DNA of 64,000 nucleotides from an uncultured Nitratifractor sp. (GTDB lineage Bacteria; Campylobacterota; Campylobacteria; Campylobacterales; Sulfurovaceae): NCBI GenBank assembly GCA_913054475.1, contig CAJXJF010000001.1, positions 787 to 64,786 of the forward strand, read 5' to 3'. Shown piece by piece: positions 35,612 to 45,499 of this stretch (position 1 is its first letter; each line of letters starts with the position of its first letter). The notes under the pieces were generated by a model. It saw only the letters and a program-made list of their open reading frames with translations, ran no database searches and was not told where the DNA came from. The position numbers and the translations under genes were made by a program.

Positions 35612-36631
35612 ATGAAGGGAAGCATAGTTTTTACAGGGGGAGGTACCGGTGGACATCTCGCTATTGTCAGAGCGGTCGGCAGGGAGCTCGAGGATGAGAG
35701 AAAAATATATATCGGTTCTATATCGGGACAGGATAGAAAGTGGTTTGCAGATGATGAGAGTTTCGAAGAGAGGCACTTTCTCGGGAGCAGGGGGGTAGTG
35801 GACAAAGGCTTCTTCGGAAAGCTTTGGGCACTCTCGAGAATATCTCTATCCGTTCTCGAAGCCGTTTCCATTCTGAGAAGATGTGAAGCTAGGGTCGTCT
35901 TTTCGGTAGGCGGATACTCATCGGCACCCGCATCTTTTGCGGCACTTATGCTTGGAATACCTCTTGTGATACATGAACAAAATGCCGTATCTGGCAGACT
36001 AAATAGTTTTTTGAGGCGATATGCGAAGATATTCATCTCTTCTTACGACGATGAGAGTCCGGTGGCTTCCTATCCGGTAGAATCGCTCTTTTTCGAAGAG
36101 GCGAGAGAGAGAAGGGAGCTTGAGAGCGTAATATTTCTCGGAGGTTCACAGGGGGCCGAGGCGATAAATAGACTGGCTATGGAGATGGCGCAAAAGCTCG
36201 AGAGGAGAGGTCTTAAGATTATACATCAGGCCGGGGAGCGGAATCTATCGACAATGAGGAGATTTTACGAAGAGAAGGGTATAAATGCCGAACTCTTTGG
36301 ATTCAGCGACAATATCGCAAGCTACATGAAAAGGGCCGATTTCGCGATAGCCAGAGCGGGAGCTTCGACATTGTGGGAGTTGGCGGCCAACGGACTCCCC
36401 ACACTCTTCGTCCCCTATCCCTATGCCGCGGGTGACCACCAATACGCCAACGCTAAAGCTCTTGCGCAGAGGGGTATGGCATGGATAGTGAGAGAGAGTG
36501 AACTCGATAGCGATAAGGTCTTCGAAATTATCGATAGTGCCAATCTCTCCGCGGTGAGTCGAGCTCTGAAAGATAGTGTAAGAGGGGGTGGTGCGGCAAA
36601 GATAGCGGGGATACTCCGCTCCTTTCTTTAA
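35612..36631 (+). CDS. murG: UDP-GlcNAc:lipid I GlcNAc transferase MurG
   Basis: N-terminal FTGGGTGGHL, the C-terminal GGSQGA block and ARAGASTLWELAANGLP. Confidence 0.9.
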   Translation: MKGSIVFTGGGTGGHLAIVRAVGRELEDERKIYIGSISGQDRKWFADDESFEERHFLGSRGVVDKGFFGKLWALSRISLSVLEAVSILRRCEARVVFSVGGYSSAPASFAALMLGIPLVIHEQNAVSGRLNSFLRRYAKIFISSYDDESPVASYPVESLFFEEARERRELESVIFLGGSQGAEAINRLAMEMAQKLERRGLKIIHQAGERNLSTMRRFYEEKGINAELFGFSDNIASYMKRADFAIARAGASTLWELAANGLPTLFVPYPYAAGDHQYANAKALAQRGMAWIVRESELDSDKVFEIIDSANLSAVSRALKDSVRGGGAAKIAGILRSFL

Positions 36632-36688
36632 AAAAACTTTATCTGCAAAATCGAAGATTCGTCAACCATCTCTTCTTGTCGATCGATT

Positions 36689-36716
36689 TTGACATATATA
36701 AGGTTAAATATAGAAT
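36689..36716 (+). promoter_or_regulatory. candidate promoter of the pilus operon (TTGACA-N16-TAGAAT)
   Basis: TTGACA at 36689-36694 and TAGAAT at 36711-36716, 20 nt before the ATG at 36736. Confidence 0.35.
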
Positions 36717-36735
36717 TTTTGTTTAAAATCAAGGC

Positions 36736-39700
36736 ATGAGAAGATATCTATTGCGGATTGTGTCGATAGTGATACTGTTTGTCGATATGAGTGCAAAGAC
36801 TCTCGTGGTCGATAACAACAGTGGGCCATTTCCTATGCCCTTTCCTATGTGGAGTTGCGAAAACGGGGATTTTGGATGCTTCGGGATAACGCACATGCAA
36901 CCGAATTGCAACTTCTCCACCATCTCGGAGGCTCTGGAATTTCTCGAAGAGGGCGATACTATTCGTATCTGCCCTGGAGATTACAACGAATCTGGTCTCA
37001 AAATCGATAAAAACAATGTACTTTTGCAATCTACGACGGGAAAGACGGAAGATGTGCATGTGGGTACGGGCACGGGAGAAGATATATTCATACTCGATGG
37101 CTTCAGAGAGGGTGTGAGCTTCGACTCTTTTACGATAAAACAACAATCCTCCTCTGCTGCGGCTATCGTTGTGAATGGAGGCGAAGATATCCAATTCGAT
37201 AGACTCTCGATCGAAAGTGAAGGTTACGGTATAGATCAAAATTCGTCAAATGTAAGCAATCTCGATACTTTTAGCATACATGAGAGCAATATAAGTAGCA
37301 AAAAGAGCTCTTTGAGACTGATTATGCCGGAGAATCTCGAAATCACTTCGGTTCGCATGAGCTCCGAAGAAGATTACGCCATCTATCTGAAACAGCCTTC
37401 GGGAGATGTGAACATATCTGCCGACAGCGCCTCGAGAAACACTTTTAGCTCTCGCTCATCTTGCATATATCTCGGAGAGACTTCCCACAACTACTATATT
37501 TCACATTCCGATTTCAACATCACGGGTGTGAACTCGGCCGCCGTCACTTTCGACAAGAGCGACAAGCTCGAAATCTACGATATCAGCGTCAATGCGAACA
37601 ATAAGGGCGTCGGTGTCTGGAGTAGCGGAAGTGTCAGTGGAGATTTCAGTCTCAAAGATAGCAGTATCGACAACTCCAAGAACGAAGCGCTCTATATCGC
37701 GAAGGTAAACGGCAAGGTTCACATTACCGACAACAATATAAGCGGTGCGGGTTATGCGGCGATCTACCTGCCAGATGTCGCCAACGGCGGCGAAATAGAG
37801 AGAAATCTCATACGAAAAGCAGACTATTACGGCTTGCTGCTCTTGAACGACAGTGTATCGAGAAGTTTCAAGATATATCACAACTGTTTTATGCAAAACG
37901 GCATCGCAAATGCCCTCAGCAGAGATACGGATGGCCATTTCGACGACGGTTCCAAAGGAAATTTCTGGGACGATTGGTGTATGGACGGAAGATACGAGAT
38001 AGCCGATATCCCGAAATATGACGAACATCCGATGAGAGAGTGCGACTTGATAGGCAGCTGTACTCCGGTAGAGGGACTCAAGATGAGTACCTACGACATC
38101 TCTTCATATACGGAGCACTTTCCGGATAATCATGAGGAGTTCGAATCCCTAGAAAAAAATTACGCGATCGATTCGGCTAAATTCGGACAGGGAGTATTTT
38201 CGAAAATCGATACGACCGGCAACAACAACAATCCCTTTCATGACGGAACCGACGATAAATATCTAACTATTTTCGAGGGTTTTATCGATATTCCTTCTGA
38301 TGGCAACTATAGCTTCGCCATAAACGGAGACGATGCAGTAGAATTGATAATAGACGGAAAGTGGTACGGCGGCTGGTACTCTGATCATAACAGTGACGGA
38401 ACCGATCACAATGTCAGTTTCATCCTCGATGCCGGCAGGCACAGTATCAAATTCAGACATCAGGATTGGCTTGGTGATGACAGTTATCAGCTATATTGGA
38501 AAAAACCAGGAGATGACGACTACTCCATAGTGCCTTCCGATGCCTTTACGCACTGCTCCATCCCCTTGGCGAAAGTCGATTACAGGATGGATGATTGCAA
38601 CTGGAGCGATGGCCACTCCGATGTGAGAGATAGTAGCGGCAACGCCTACGATGCGACCTCCTATAACGGAGCCCATACAATCGACCCGACGGGCGCTTCT
38701 GGAGTCTGCAGGGTCGGAGCGTTCGACGGTGTCGACGACTATATAGATACGCGAAATTCTTTCGACTTTCCGCAAAATCAATTTACGGTCACGGCATGGA
38801 TCTATCCTCGAAGCGATACGAGCGGGAGGACTCTTTTTATTCAAAGCGACAAGAGTGATCGCAGTGACGGTTTCGGTTCGGCTTTCGGAACCGACGCGAA
38901 ACTCTATTTCTATGTAGGAGATTGGTCTTCGCACAAGGTGGGAATTTCGGTAGATACGAACAGATGGACACATATAGCCGTCACATATGATTCGAATATG
39001 ATGAAGATATATAAAAACGGTCGGCTCGCAAGCTGTCCGCTTAGAGCCAGAGTCGATATCGACTCTGGAGCGAATTTGCTCATAGGCGACAGTATCGCCG
39101 GAGGCGAAGGTGCAGGAGACGATCTATGGAAGGGTTATATCGATGAGTTCAAAATCTTCGATACCGCTTTGGATGCGACCGATATCGAAGAGATATACAA
39201 TTACGAAAAGAGCCGTAGAAACTATGACGGCTCGGCGCGTTATTGTCAGCACTGTGCGATTACACCTTCATGCGATTCCCTTGTGCAGGGTTTGAAGTTG
39301 ACGACCTACGATATATCCTCGTATGAGCAGAGCTATCCATACTGTCATGAAGATTACGATGATCTCGAGAACCGATTCGCAAGCGCTTCGAATAGATTCG
39401 GAGCAGGCTATGTGGATGAAATAGATACGAGCGGGAACAACAACAATCCGTATCATGACGGAGATGACGACTTCTATCTCTCGATATTCGAAGGCTATAT
39501 CTATACCGAAGAGGGTCGATACTCGTTTGCCGTCAACGGTGACGATGCGGTAGAGCTAATTATAGACGGAGACCCCTATGGCTGGTACGGAGGACATGCC
39601 GGTAATGGCGGAAGCTCTCACAATAGAATATATCCCATGCAAAAAGGATACCATAGTCTAAAATTCAGACATGAAGATAGACAAGGTGGCGACAACTATC

Positions 39701-41595
39701 AGCTATATTGGAAAAAACCATCACAGAGCGACTATACGATAGTTCCCAATAGTGCCCTTTTTAGATGTAGCGGAGCAACTTTGTTGCCCGATGGTGTTTT
39801 CAACGCCGTCACCTCCGCAGGCGATAATGGAAATTGCGAAGCGATCGAGGATTGGGAGAACAATCTCACTACGCAGATTGTCAAAAAAGATTTCGATCTA
39901 TATATTCTTGCACGAGAGCAGAACTCCTCTCATGCGATCGAAGCGAATATAAGCGATGTGATTTTGAACTATTACGAAAGCGGAGACAACGACACTTGCG
40001 ACGCAAGCCCGTACAGAAGAGAGAGTATATGCGGCAACGGCGGATGCGGGAAAACCGATTCCAACGGATGCTTGAAGCTTACACTCAAAAGTGATTACAG
40101 CTCGAAATGCAGCAATTTCACGATAGTAGGCAGGAGAGCAGACGACAACAGCAGTAACGAGACACGAAACGATTCGAGTGACAACTTCGCCATTCGTCCT
40201 TCGGCTTTCGCAATATCCATACCCTCTTCACAGCTCTATGCGGGTGAAAAGTTCCGGCTCGATTTCACTGCACTCGGAGCCGACGGTACAAGAGCTGCGG
40301 ATTACAACGAAACTCTCGACAATAGTTTCCAACTGCTCTCCCAAGAGAGTAAAAGCGGATGCGAAAACGGTATATTGGATACGCAAAATTTCTCTTTTGC
40401 CGACGGTTTTGCGAAAGATTCCAATCTCAGCTATGACGAGATCGGAGATATAAACATAACGATAAAGGAGAAGAGCGGCAGTGAGTTCGCGAAAGTGGAT
40501 AGCGACGATACGGACAATGCCGATAGATTCATAAAACAGAGCTCCGAGATTCTGAATGTTTTGCCGTATGAGATAAATATCACATCCTTGACGCTCTCGG
40601 CGAGTACGGGCGAAGGATGGCTCTATATGGCACATGATATAGACGATATGTCTCTAACGGCGAAAGTGACTCTCGAGGTTTACAATGCTTCGTCGCAGAA
40701 GATGAAAGACTTCAACTCCAGCTGTTATGCAAAAGAGTTGAATGTAAGTTTCCGTTACGATATAGATAGTGCCGAGGAGCTGAAATTGACACTCGACGGA
40801 AATCTTAGCGACAATGACAAAAATATAACGGATATAAACAAAACTTTGAGGATACCCGTCTCCCTCTTCAACGACGCGAAAGCCGAAAGTTTCTATAGAT
40901 TCGGTATCGACAGAAACTCTTCGAAGGCGAAAAACCCGCTTAGCGTGATATTGCGTGATGCGAATGTGACTACTGCGAATATCGCCAAATATCTCCATAG
41001 TGCCGCCGAAAATTCGGCCATAGGTGCCAATGCGCGTGCTACATTCTACTACGGGAGAGTGAGTTTCAAAGATTTGAGACTCGATCACTCTCCCGTAGAT
41101 CACGGATATAGTTTCGAAGTATATAGTGACAACCCTTCCGATACTCACATAGACGGCTTTGCGAGAAGCTCTCTAAATTGGTATATAAACGCTCTACACG
41201 ACAAAAAGAGTTATGGAGATATCGAGATATCGGATTCCGCCGCCTATAAAAACATCGTCTTGGAGGGGGAGAGCCTAGATATGAATATAACTTCGACGAC
41301 AATCGATAGCGGCGGCAAGGCCCGAATGCATATCGAAATAGCTCCAGGGATACATGGAGTGGTACATCTTGATATCAACGATAGCGTATGGCTCTGGTAC
41401 ACTCCCCCCGAATATGCCAAAGAGTACGACTTCTCCGAAGGTAGCGACTGTAGTGCGCATCCATGTTTCAATATAGAAAGGGAGAGCCTCGACAACGGAG
41501 ACAAAGATATCCAAAGCGGACTTTTCAACGCGATCGATAGTGTGCCGGAGCGAAGAGGAGATTTCAAACAGGAAGGAATCAAGGTCTTTAGATGA
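36736..41595 (+). CDS. giant secreted protein: parallel beta-helix + PA14 + LamG + PA14 + MshQ-like C-terminal region
   Basis: Signal peptide. Beta-helix cap and repeats occupy ~36900-37990 (TISEALEFLEEGDTIRICPGDY; repeated N/S/I-rich rungs). The two PA14-like copies are at ~38077-38560 and ~39292-39772 (NGDDAVELIIDG, YQLYWKKP). The LamG-like core is at ~38570-39215 (FTVTAWIYPRS...WTHIAVTYDSNMMKIYKNGRL...IDEFKIFDTAL). It is the first gene of a pilus operon, whereas mshQ is the last gene of the Vibrio msh pilin operon. Confidence 0.75.
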   Translation: MRRYLLRIVSIVILFVDMSAKTLVVDNNSGPFPMPFPMWSCENGDFGCFGITHMQPNCNFSTISEALEFLEEGDTIRICPGDYNESGLKIDKNNVLLQSTTGKTEDVHVGTGTGEDIFILDGFREGVSFDSFTIKQQSSSAAAIVVNGGEDIQFDRLSIESEGYGIDQNSSNVSNLDTFSIHESNISSKKSSLRLIMPENLEITSVRMSSEEDYAIYLKQPSGDVNISADSASRNTFSSRSSCIYLGETSHNYYISHSDFNITGVNSAAVTFDKSDKLEIYDISVNANNKGVGVWSSGSVSGDFSLKDSSIDNSKNEALYIAKVNGKVHITDNNISGAGYAAIYLPDVANGGEIERNLIRKADYYGLLLLNDSVSRSFKIYHNCFMQNGIANALSRDTDGHFDDGSKGNFWDDWCMDGRYEIADIPKYDEHPMRECDLIGSCTPVEGLKMSTYDISSYTEHFPDNHEEFESLEKNYAIDSAKFGQGVFSKIDTTGNNNNPFHDGTDDKYLTIFEGFIDIPSDGNYSFAINGDDAVELIIDGKWYGGWYSDHNSDGTDHNVSFILDAGRHSIKFRHQDWLGDDSYQLYWKKPGDDDYSIVPSDAFTHCSIPLAKVDYRMDDCNWSDGHSDVRDSSGNAYDATSYNGAHTIDPTGASGVCRVGAFDGVDDYIDTRNSFDFPQNQFTVTAWIYPRSDTSGRTLFIQSDKSDRSDGFGSAFGTDAKLYFYVGDWSSHKVGISVDTNRWTHIAVTYDSNMMKIYKNGRLASCPLRARVDIDSGANLLIGDSIAGGEGAGDDLWKGYIDEFKIFDTALDATDIEEIYNYEKSRRNYDGSARYCQHCAITPSCDSLVQGLKLTTYDISSYEQSYPYCHEDYDDLENRFASASNRFGAGYVDEIDTSGNNNNPYHDGDDDFYLSIFEGYIYTEEGRYSFAVNGDDAVELIIDGDPYGWYGGHAGNGGSSHNRIYPMQKGYHSLKFRHEDRQGGDNYQLYWKKPSQSDYTIVPNSALFRCSGATLLPDGVFNAVTSAGDNGNCEAIEDWENNLTTQIVKKDFDLYILAREQNSSHAIEANISDVILNYYESGDNDTCDASPYRRESICGNGGCGKTDSNGCLKLTLKSDYSSKCSNFTIVGRRADDNSSNETRNDSSDNFAIRPSAFAISIPSSQLYAGEKFRLDFTALGADGTRAADYNETLDNSFQLLSQESKSGCENGILDTQNFSFADGFAKDSNLSYDEIGDINITIKEKSGSEFAKVDSDDTDNADRFIKQSSEILNVLPYEINITSLTLSASTGEGWLYMAHDIDDMSLTAKVTLEVYNASSQKMKDFNSSCYAKELNVSFRYDIDSAEELKLTLDGNLSDNDKNITDINKTLRIPVSLFNDAKAESFYRFGIDRNSSKAKNPLSVILRDANVTTANIAKYLHSAAENSAIGANARATFYYGRVSFKDLRLDHSPVDHGYSFEVYSDNPSDTHIDGFARSSLNWYINALHDKKSYGDIEISDSAAYKNIVLEGESLDMNITSTTIDSGGKARMHIEIAPGIHGVVHLDINDSVWLWYTPPEYAKEYDFSEGSDCSAHPCFNIERESLDNGDKDIQSGLFNAIDSVPERRGDFKQEGIKVFR

Positions 41596-42170
41596 AAAGA
41601 GCGTTCACCATGCTGGAATTGATTCTCTCCATACTCATAATCTCTTCGGTCTTTGTAGTCATACCGAAAATTCTATCGATTCTGGATAGAAGCGATTCGC
41701 TCAGGATAAAAGAGGAGGCTCTCTTCGCAGCCGTCACGATGGCCGGACATATAAGGGCTTTGGCGTGGGATCAACACACTATCGAGAGAGAGGGTGCTAT
41801 CTTGAGCACGGGGGGTATAGAGTGCAACTCCTCCACCGGTCCGCACGGGGAGGGGTATTATAGAGTTGGTGGATTCGTCGGCTCGAGAAACTGTATAGGC
41901 TGGAGAGATACGAATGAGTGGAAACCTACAGATAGTGTCGATATCGATAACGGTTATGACGATATCGACGACTACGACGGCTATGGAAAGAGAATCGAAT
42001 CCGCACGAGGCGGATACGATCTGAATATAAGCGTAAATAGAGACGGGGATATAAAAAAAGTTCATCTATCTATAAAATCGATCGATAAGAAGAGGGGTGT
42101 ATTCAAAAGTGGAATCACTTTCGAATCCGCCAATCTCGGTTGGGTACGAATAAACGGGAGTGTATGGTGA
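41592..42170 (+). CDS. prepilin-type minor pilin
   Basis: N-terminus MKRA/FTMLELILSILIISSVF (class III signal, Glu at +5). The ATGA overlaps the upstream stop. Confidence 0.75.
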   Translation: MKRAFTMLELILSILIISSVFVVIPKILSILDRSDSLRIKEEALFAAVTMAGHIRALAWDQHTIEREGAILSTGGIECNSSTGPHGEGYYRVGGFVGSRNCIGWRDTNEWKPTDSVDIDNGYDDIDDYDGYGKRIESARGGYDLNISVNRDGDIKKVHLSIKSIDKKRGVFKSGITFESANLGWVRINGSVW

Positions 42171-43054
42171 TGAGAGAGGCTATGAGCCTACTGGAGATGA
42201 TTTTCGTTTTGCTGATCTCTTCCATATTGTCGGTAGCCACCTTCAAATCTTTGAATGTACTATATAGCTACAGTGCAAGACATAAAGCTCTTGCGCAACT
42301 CTCGCTCGAAGCGCAGATTACGCTAAATCAGCTCGAATCGATGCTCTATTATAGAGTTCCCGGCACGCTCATAGGCTATACTCCCGGCGGTGAATGTGAG
42401 TCTATAAGCGAAATGACACAGAAAAGACCTGTACTCGAATGGATAGGACTCATGCAAGAGGCCAATATCCGAAGAGCTTATGACGGTTTTGCCGATATTA
42501 TGAGTACAAAGCCGAAACTCAAAGTTTACAATCTCGATTCATCCTACGATTTCAATTCATCTGTATTGATTTTCGCCGGCTCTTTGGAAAGAGGGCTACA
42601 AAATGCCAAGGCATGCGAAGGAGCATACGGTTGGCACGGAAACGAGAGTACTCAAATATTCGATTTCAATGTAACGGGGGATAACGAAATAGTTTTCGAT
42701 TCCTCGAAAACTCCACGAAAGATATATGAAAAATACTATCTTGCCAAAAGTGCTTTTGCTGTTACAAGAGCTCAAAATGTAGATATGAACGCCGAATGTA
42801 TAGGCAGAGATCTGCCCAAGGAAGAGATAGATGACGATACACTGCTTCTATTTTACAACTTCAGACCATGGAGAGGCGAAACATACTGTGCGGATACGAG
42901 CGGGCGGAAGGAGGGGAATGTAAGCATGCTCTCGAAAGATGTCAAAGGCTTTAGAGTGATTTACGACAACGATGTATTGAAAATCGGATTGGACATGAAT
43001 CGCAGTGTAGGCGGCAGATCGGTACATATAGGCAAACAGAAGGTGGTATTTTGA
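42170..43054 (+). CDS. prepilin-type minor pilin (large)
   Basis: N-terminus MREA/MSLLEMIFVLLISSILSV from ATG 42170 (TGATG overlap). 294 aa. Confidence 0.7.
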   Translation: MREAMSLLEMIFVLLISSILSVATFKSLNVLYSYSARHKALAQLSLEAQITLNQLESMLYYRVPGTLIGYTPGGECESISEMTQKRPVLEWIGLMQEANIRRAYDGFADIMSTKPKLKVYNLDSSYDFNSSVLIFAGSLERGLQNAKACEGAYGWHGNESTQIFDFNVTGDNEIVFDSSKTPRKIYEKYYLAKSAFAVTRAQNVDMNAECIGRDLPKEEIDDDTLLLFYNFRPWRGETYCADTSGRKEGNVSMLSKDVKGFRVIYDNDVLKIGLDMNRSVGGRSVHIGKQKVVF

Positions 43055-43527
43055 ATCTACGAATACACAATCGCACTCCACTTAGAGCCGCATTCAGCCT
43101 GATTATAACACTTGCCATACTGATTGTGACAGCTACGATACTCACTATTGCGATGAAATTTGCCGGAAACTCATCTCGATATGTTTCGGATAGCTATATA
43201 AAGGAGATCTGTGAACTAAAATTGTCATCGGCTATAGAGAAGACTCTTCTGGCTATCAGTGCACACGATAGAGGGGATGATCCAAGACACTACGACTGCT
43301 ACGAGCATTACGAGGAGAATATCGATGACTCGGGTGATATTCACTATAGTATATATGTAGATGTCAAGAGATACTATCTGCACGATGCTCATTGTGACAA
43401 TGTGGAGACCATAGAGATTCCTTCGGAAAAATCTCACGGTTTCGTATTGCTCGAAGCCGAAATCAATGCGAGCAGAGGCTCTACGCTCGTGAGCAGAATC
43501 TTGAAAAGGACATTGCAGCATCCATGA
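43051..43527 (+). CDS. pilin-like protein lacking Glu5
   Basis: The hydrophobic pilin-like helix RAA/FSLIITLAILIVTATIL follows a 14-aa leader and has Ile at +5. The TTG start overlaps the upstream stop. Confidence 0.6.
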   Translation: MNLRIHNRTPLRAAFSLIITLAILIVTATILTIAMKFAGNSSRYVSDSYIKEICELKLSSAIEKTLLAISAHDRGDDPRHYDCYEHYEENIDDSGDIHYSIYVDVKRYYLHDAHCDNVETIEIPSEKSHGFVLLEAEINASRGSTLVSRILKRTLQHP

Positions 43528-43991
43528 AAAGAGGGGCGTTTTCATTGATAGAGACAATATTCGTGATAGTGATAATTTCGATAGTGGCGGCAACGGGTGC
43601 GTTTGTCTTCAGACCGCATAGACTATACAACGATACCCAATGGGTGCTTATGCAAATCAGAAAGGCGAGATTCGAAGGAATCGCAATAGAGCATAGGAAA
43701 TTCGGTTCGGGAGAGATAGAAGATCCGCTGGGGCTCGGATGTATAGTACTCGACAACGATGGTATAATCTCCAAAAGCCGAAAAGGGGGCGCAAAATATG
43801 AGATGAAAGCGAAAATCGTGGGAGAGTCGGCAGGCAGGAAGATATGTTTCGATCACCTTGGAAGAGCCTGCGAGGGAAATTACAGCAATCCGATAGACTC
43901 TATCGTATCCGTAACTCTGAACTACGGCGAAAGAAACAGGAGTATAGTCATCTTTCCTGTTAGCGGATACGCTATAATAAAACATCATTAG
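43524..43991 (+). CDS. prepilin-type minor pilin
   Basis: N-terminus MKRGA/FSLIETIFVIVIISIVAA with Glu at +5. ATGA overlap. Confidence 0.75.
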   Translation: MKRGAFSLIETIFVIVIISIVAATGAFVFRPHRLYNDTQWVLMQIRKARFEGIAIEHRKFGSGEIEDPLGLGCIVLDNDGIISKSRKGGAKYEMKAKIVGESAGRKICFDHLGRACEGNYSNPIDSIVSVTLNYGERNRSIVIFPVSGYAIIKHH

Positions 43992-44005
43992 CTTGGGCGG
44001 GTTCG

Positions 44006-45499
44006 ATGGGGAGAAGAAGAAAGCAGAATATCTCTATTTTCAGAAACGAAACAGAATATAGCTATGATGGTATAAATTATCATGAATTGAAAAGAGATAG
44101 AGACAGGGGCACTTTTTGTGCACTCTTTATAAAGAACGACGAACTATATACGCACTCTTTCACGCTTCCTATCAGTACGAAGGAGGAGAATTTTCTACCG
44201 GCTGTGGAGATGGCCTTCTATGAAAACGGCAAATTGGATCCCAAGCGCTCCTATAAAATCGACTACAAAAGGGCTTTGAGCGAAAAGGGTGATTTGTGGG
44301 TCATCGACGCCTTTGCGGCCGATATCGAGCAGATCGAAGAAAACTACCTTCCAATCTATAAGAAGGTCGGATATATAGATCTTCTTGCCATCTCATATTT
44401 GGCGTACGAAGGATATATCAAGAGCAATAGCGATTTGCGCAAAGGCAATGTGCTCGTTATCCACATAGGTAGAGAGGACTCTTTCGTATCGCTTTTCAAA
44501 AATGGAGATTTTATCGGATACAACAAAATTTACTCTTTGGAATTCATATCGAGAAAAGTCTCTATAGACATAGAGAGGGTTACGAAGATATTGAAAGAGA
44601 AGGGTTTGGAAGAGAGCCTCTATAGCGAAAGTGAAAAAGAGATCTATTCTGCGATAGTATTGGTCTTTACCGATATCGTCAGACAGATAGAGAGATTGAT
44701 TAGAAACAAGAAGATATATTTCGATCTCGACGGTATAGATAGAATGATACTCGATTTCGACGGTAGAGAACTTCCGGGTTTTTGGAAACTTATCGACGAT
44801 TATGGCCTCAAATCCGGCACCAAAGAGTCCATAAGCCATAAAATAGACGATACTCTACCCTGCACGAGCTCGTTCGACTGTATAAAAGATCTATATCTAT
44901 TGGAAGTCTATAGAGGAGTCATCGAGGCTCCGAATCTTAGCCCATACAGAAGAGAAGCGCCTTTTTGGGATACCTGGGTCGGTAAATTGGCGATATCTTC
45001 CCTACTCTCGCTCGCGATAGTTTTCGCTCTCGGATTCTATATTTCGCAAAAGACACAACAAATGAATAGATACAACTCCTTGCTGAAGAAGAGATTGTCA
45101 TCTCTCGAAAAAAGCGAAAAAGAGCTCATCGACTCCATTAAAAAAGAGAAAGATATAAGACAAAGAGAGAAAAAGAGGATTTCCGAAATAGAAGAAGATC
45201 TCGAAAGATTCGAAAAAGCCATAAAAAGGCTGGGTGGTATCAAACATAAGAGTGCGCAGAGACAAAAGATGTTCAAAGATGTTGATGAAGTTATGCAAAA
45301 ATACAATATCATGTGCAAAGAGTTGGAGCAAAACGCTTCGTTGTCCATAGATGTCGATCTCGTAGTCCCTTACGAAAGGCGCGAAACGATAGCTCAATTC
45401 ATGAAGGATATCAAAGCGAAAGGCTACAAAAGTGTCGATACCGATTTGATTCTGCTCGAAGGCAATCTATACCACAGTAGAGTGAAGATAACAAGATGA
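44006..45499 (+). CDS. PilM-PilN-like fusion (MshI/GspL-like assembly protein)
   Basis: A ~330-aa cytoplasmic part with an actin-like-fold block (VLVIHIGREDSFVSLFKNGDFIGYNKI). It is followed by one TM helix (LAISSLLSLAIVFALGFYI), then a coiled coil and a small C-terminal domain. Confidence 0.6.
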   Translation: MGRRRKQNISIFRNETEYSYDGINYHELKRDRDRGTFCALFIKNDELYTHSFTLPISTKEENFLPAVEMAFYENGKLDPKRSYKIDYKRALSEKGDLWVIDAFAADIEQIEENYLPIYKKVGYIDLLAISYLAYEGYIKSNSDLRKGNVLVIHIGREDSFVSLFKNGDFIGYNKIYSLEFISRKVSIDIERVTKILKEKGLEESLYSESEKEIYSAIVLVFTDIVRQIERLIRNKKIYFDLDGIDRMILDFDGRELPGFWKLIDDYGLKSGTKESISHKIDDTLPCTSSFDCIKDLYLLEVYRGVIEAPNLSPYRREAPFWDTWVGKLAISSLLSLAIVFALGFYISQKTQQMNRYNSLLKKRLSSLEKSEKELIDSIKKEKDIRQREKKRISEIEEDLERFEKAIKRLGGIKHKSAQRQKMFKDVDEVMQKYNIMCKELEQNASLSIDVDLVVPYERRETIAQFMKDIKAKGYKSVDTDLILLEGNLYHSRVKITR

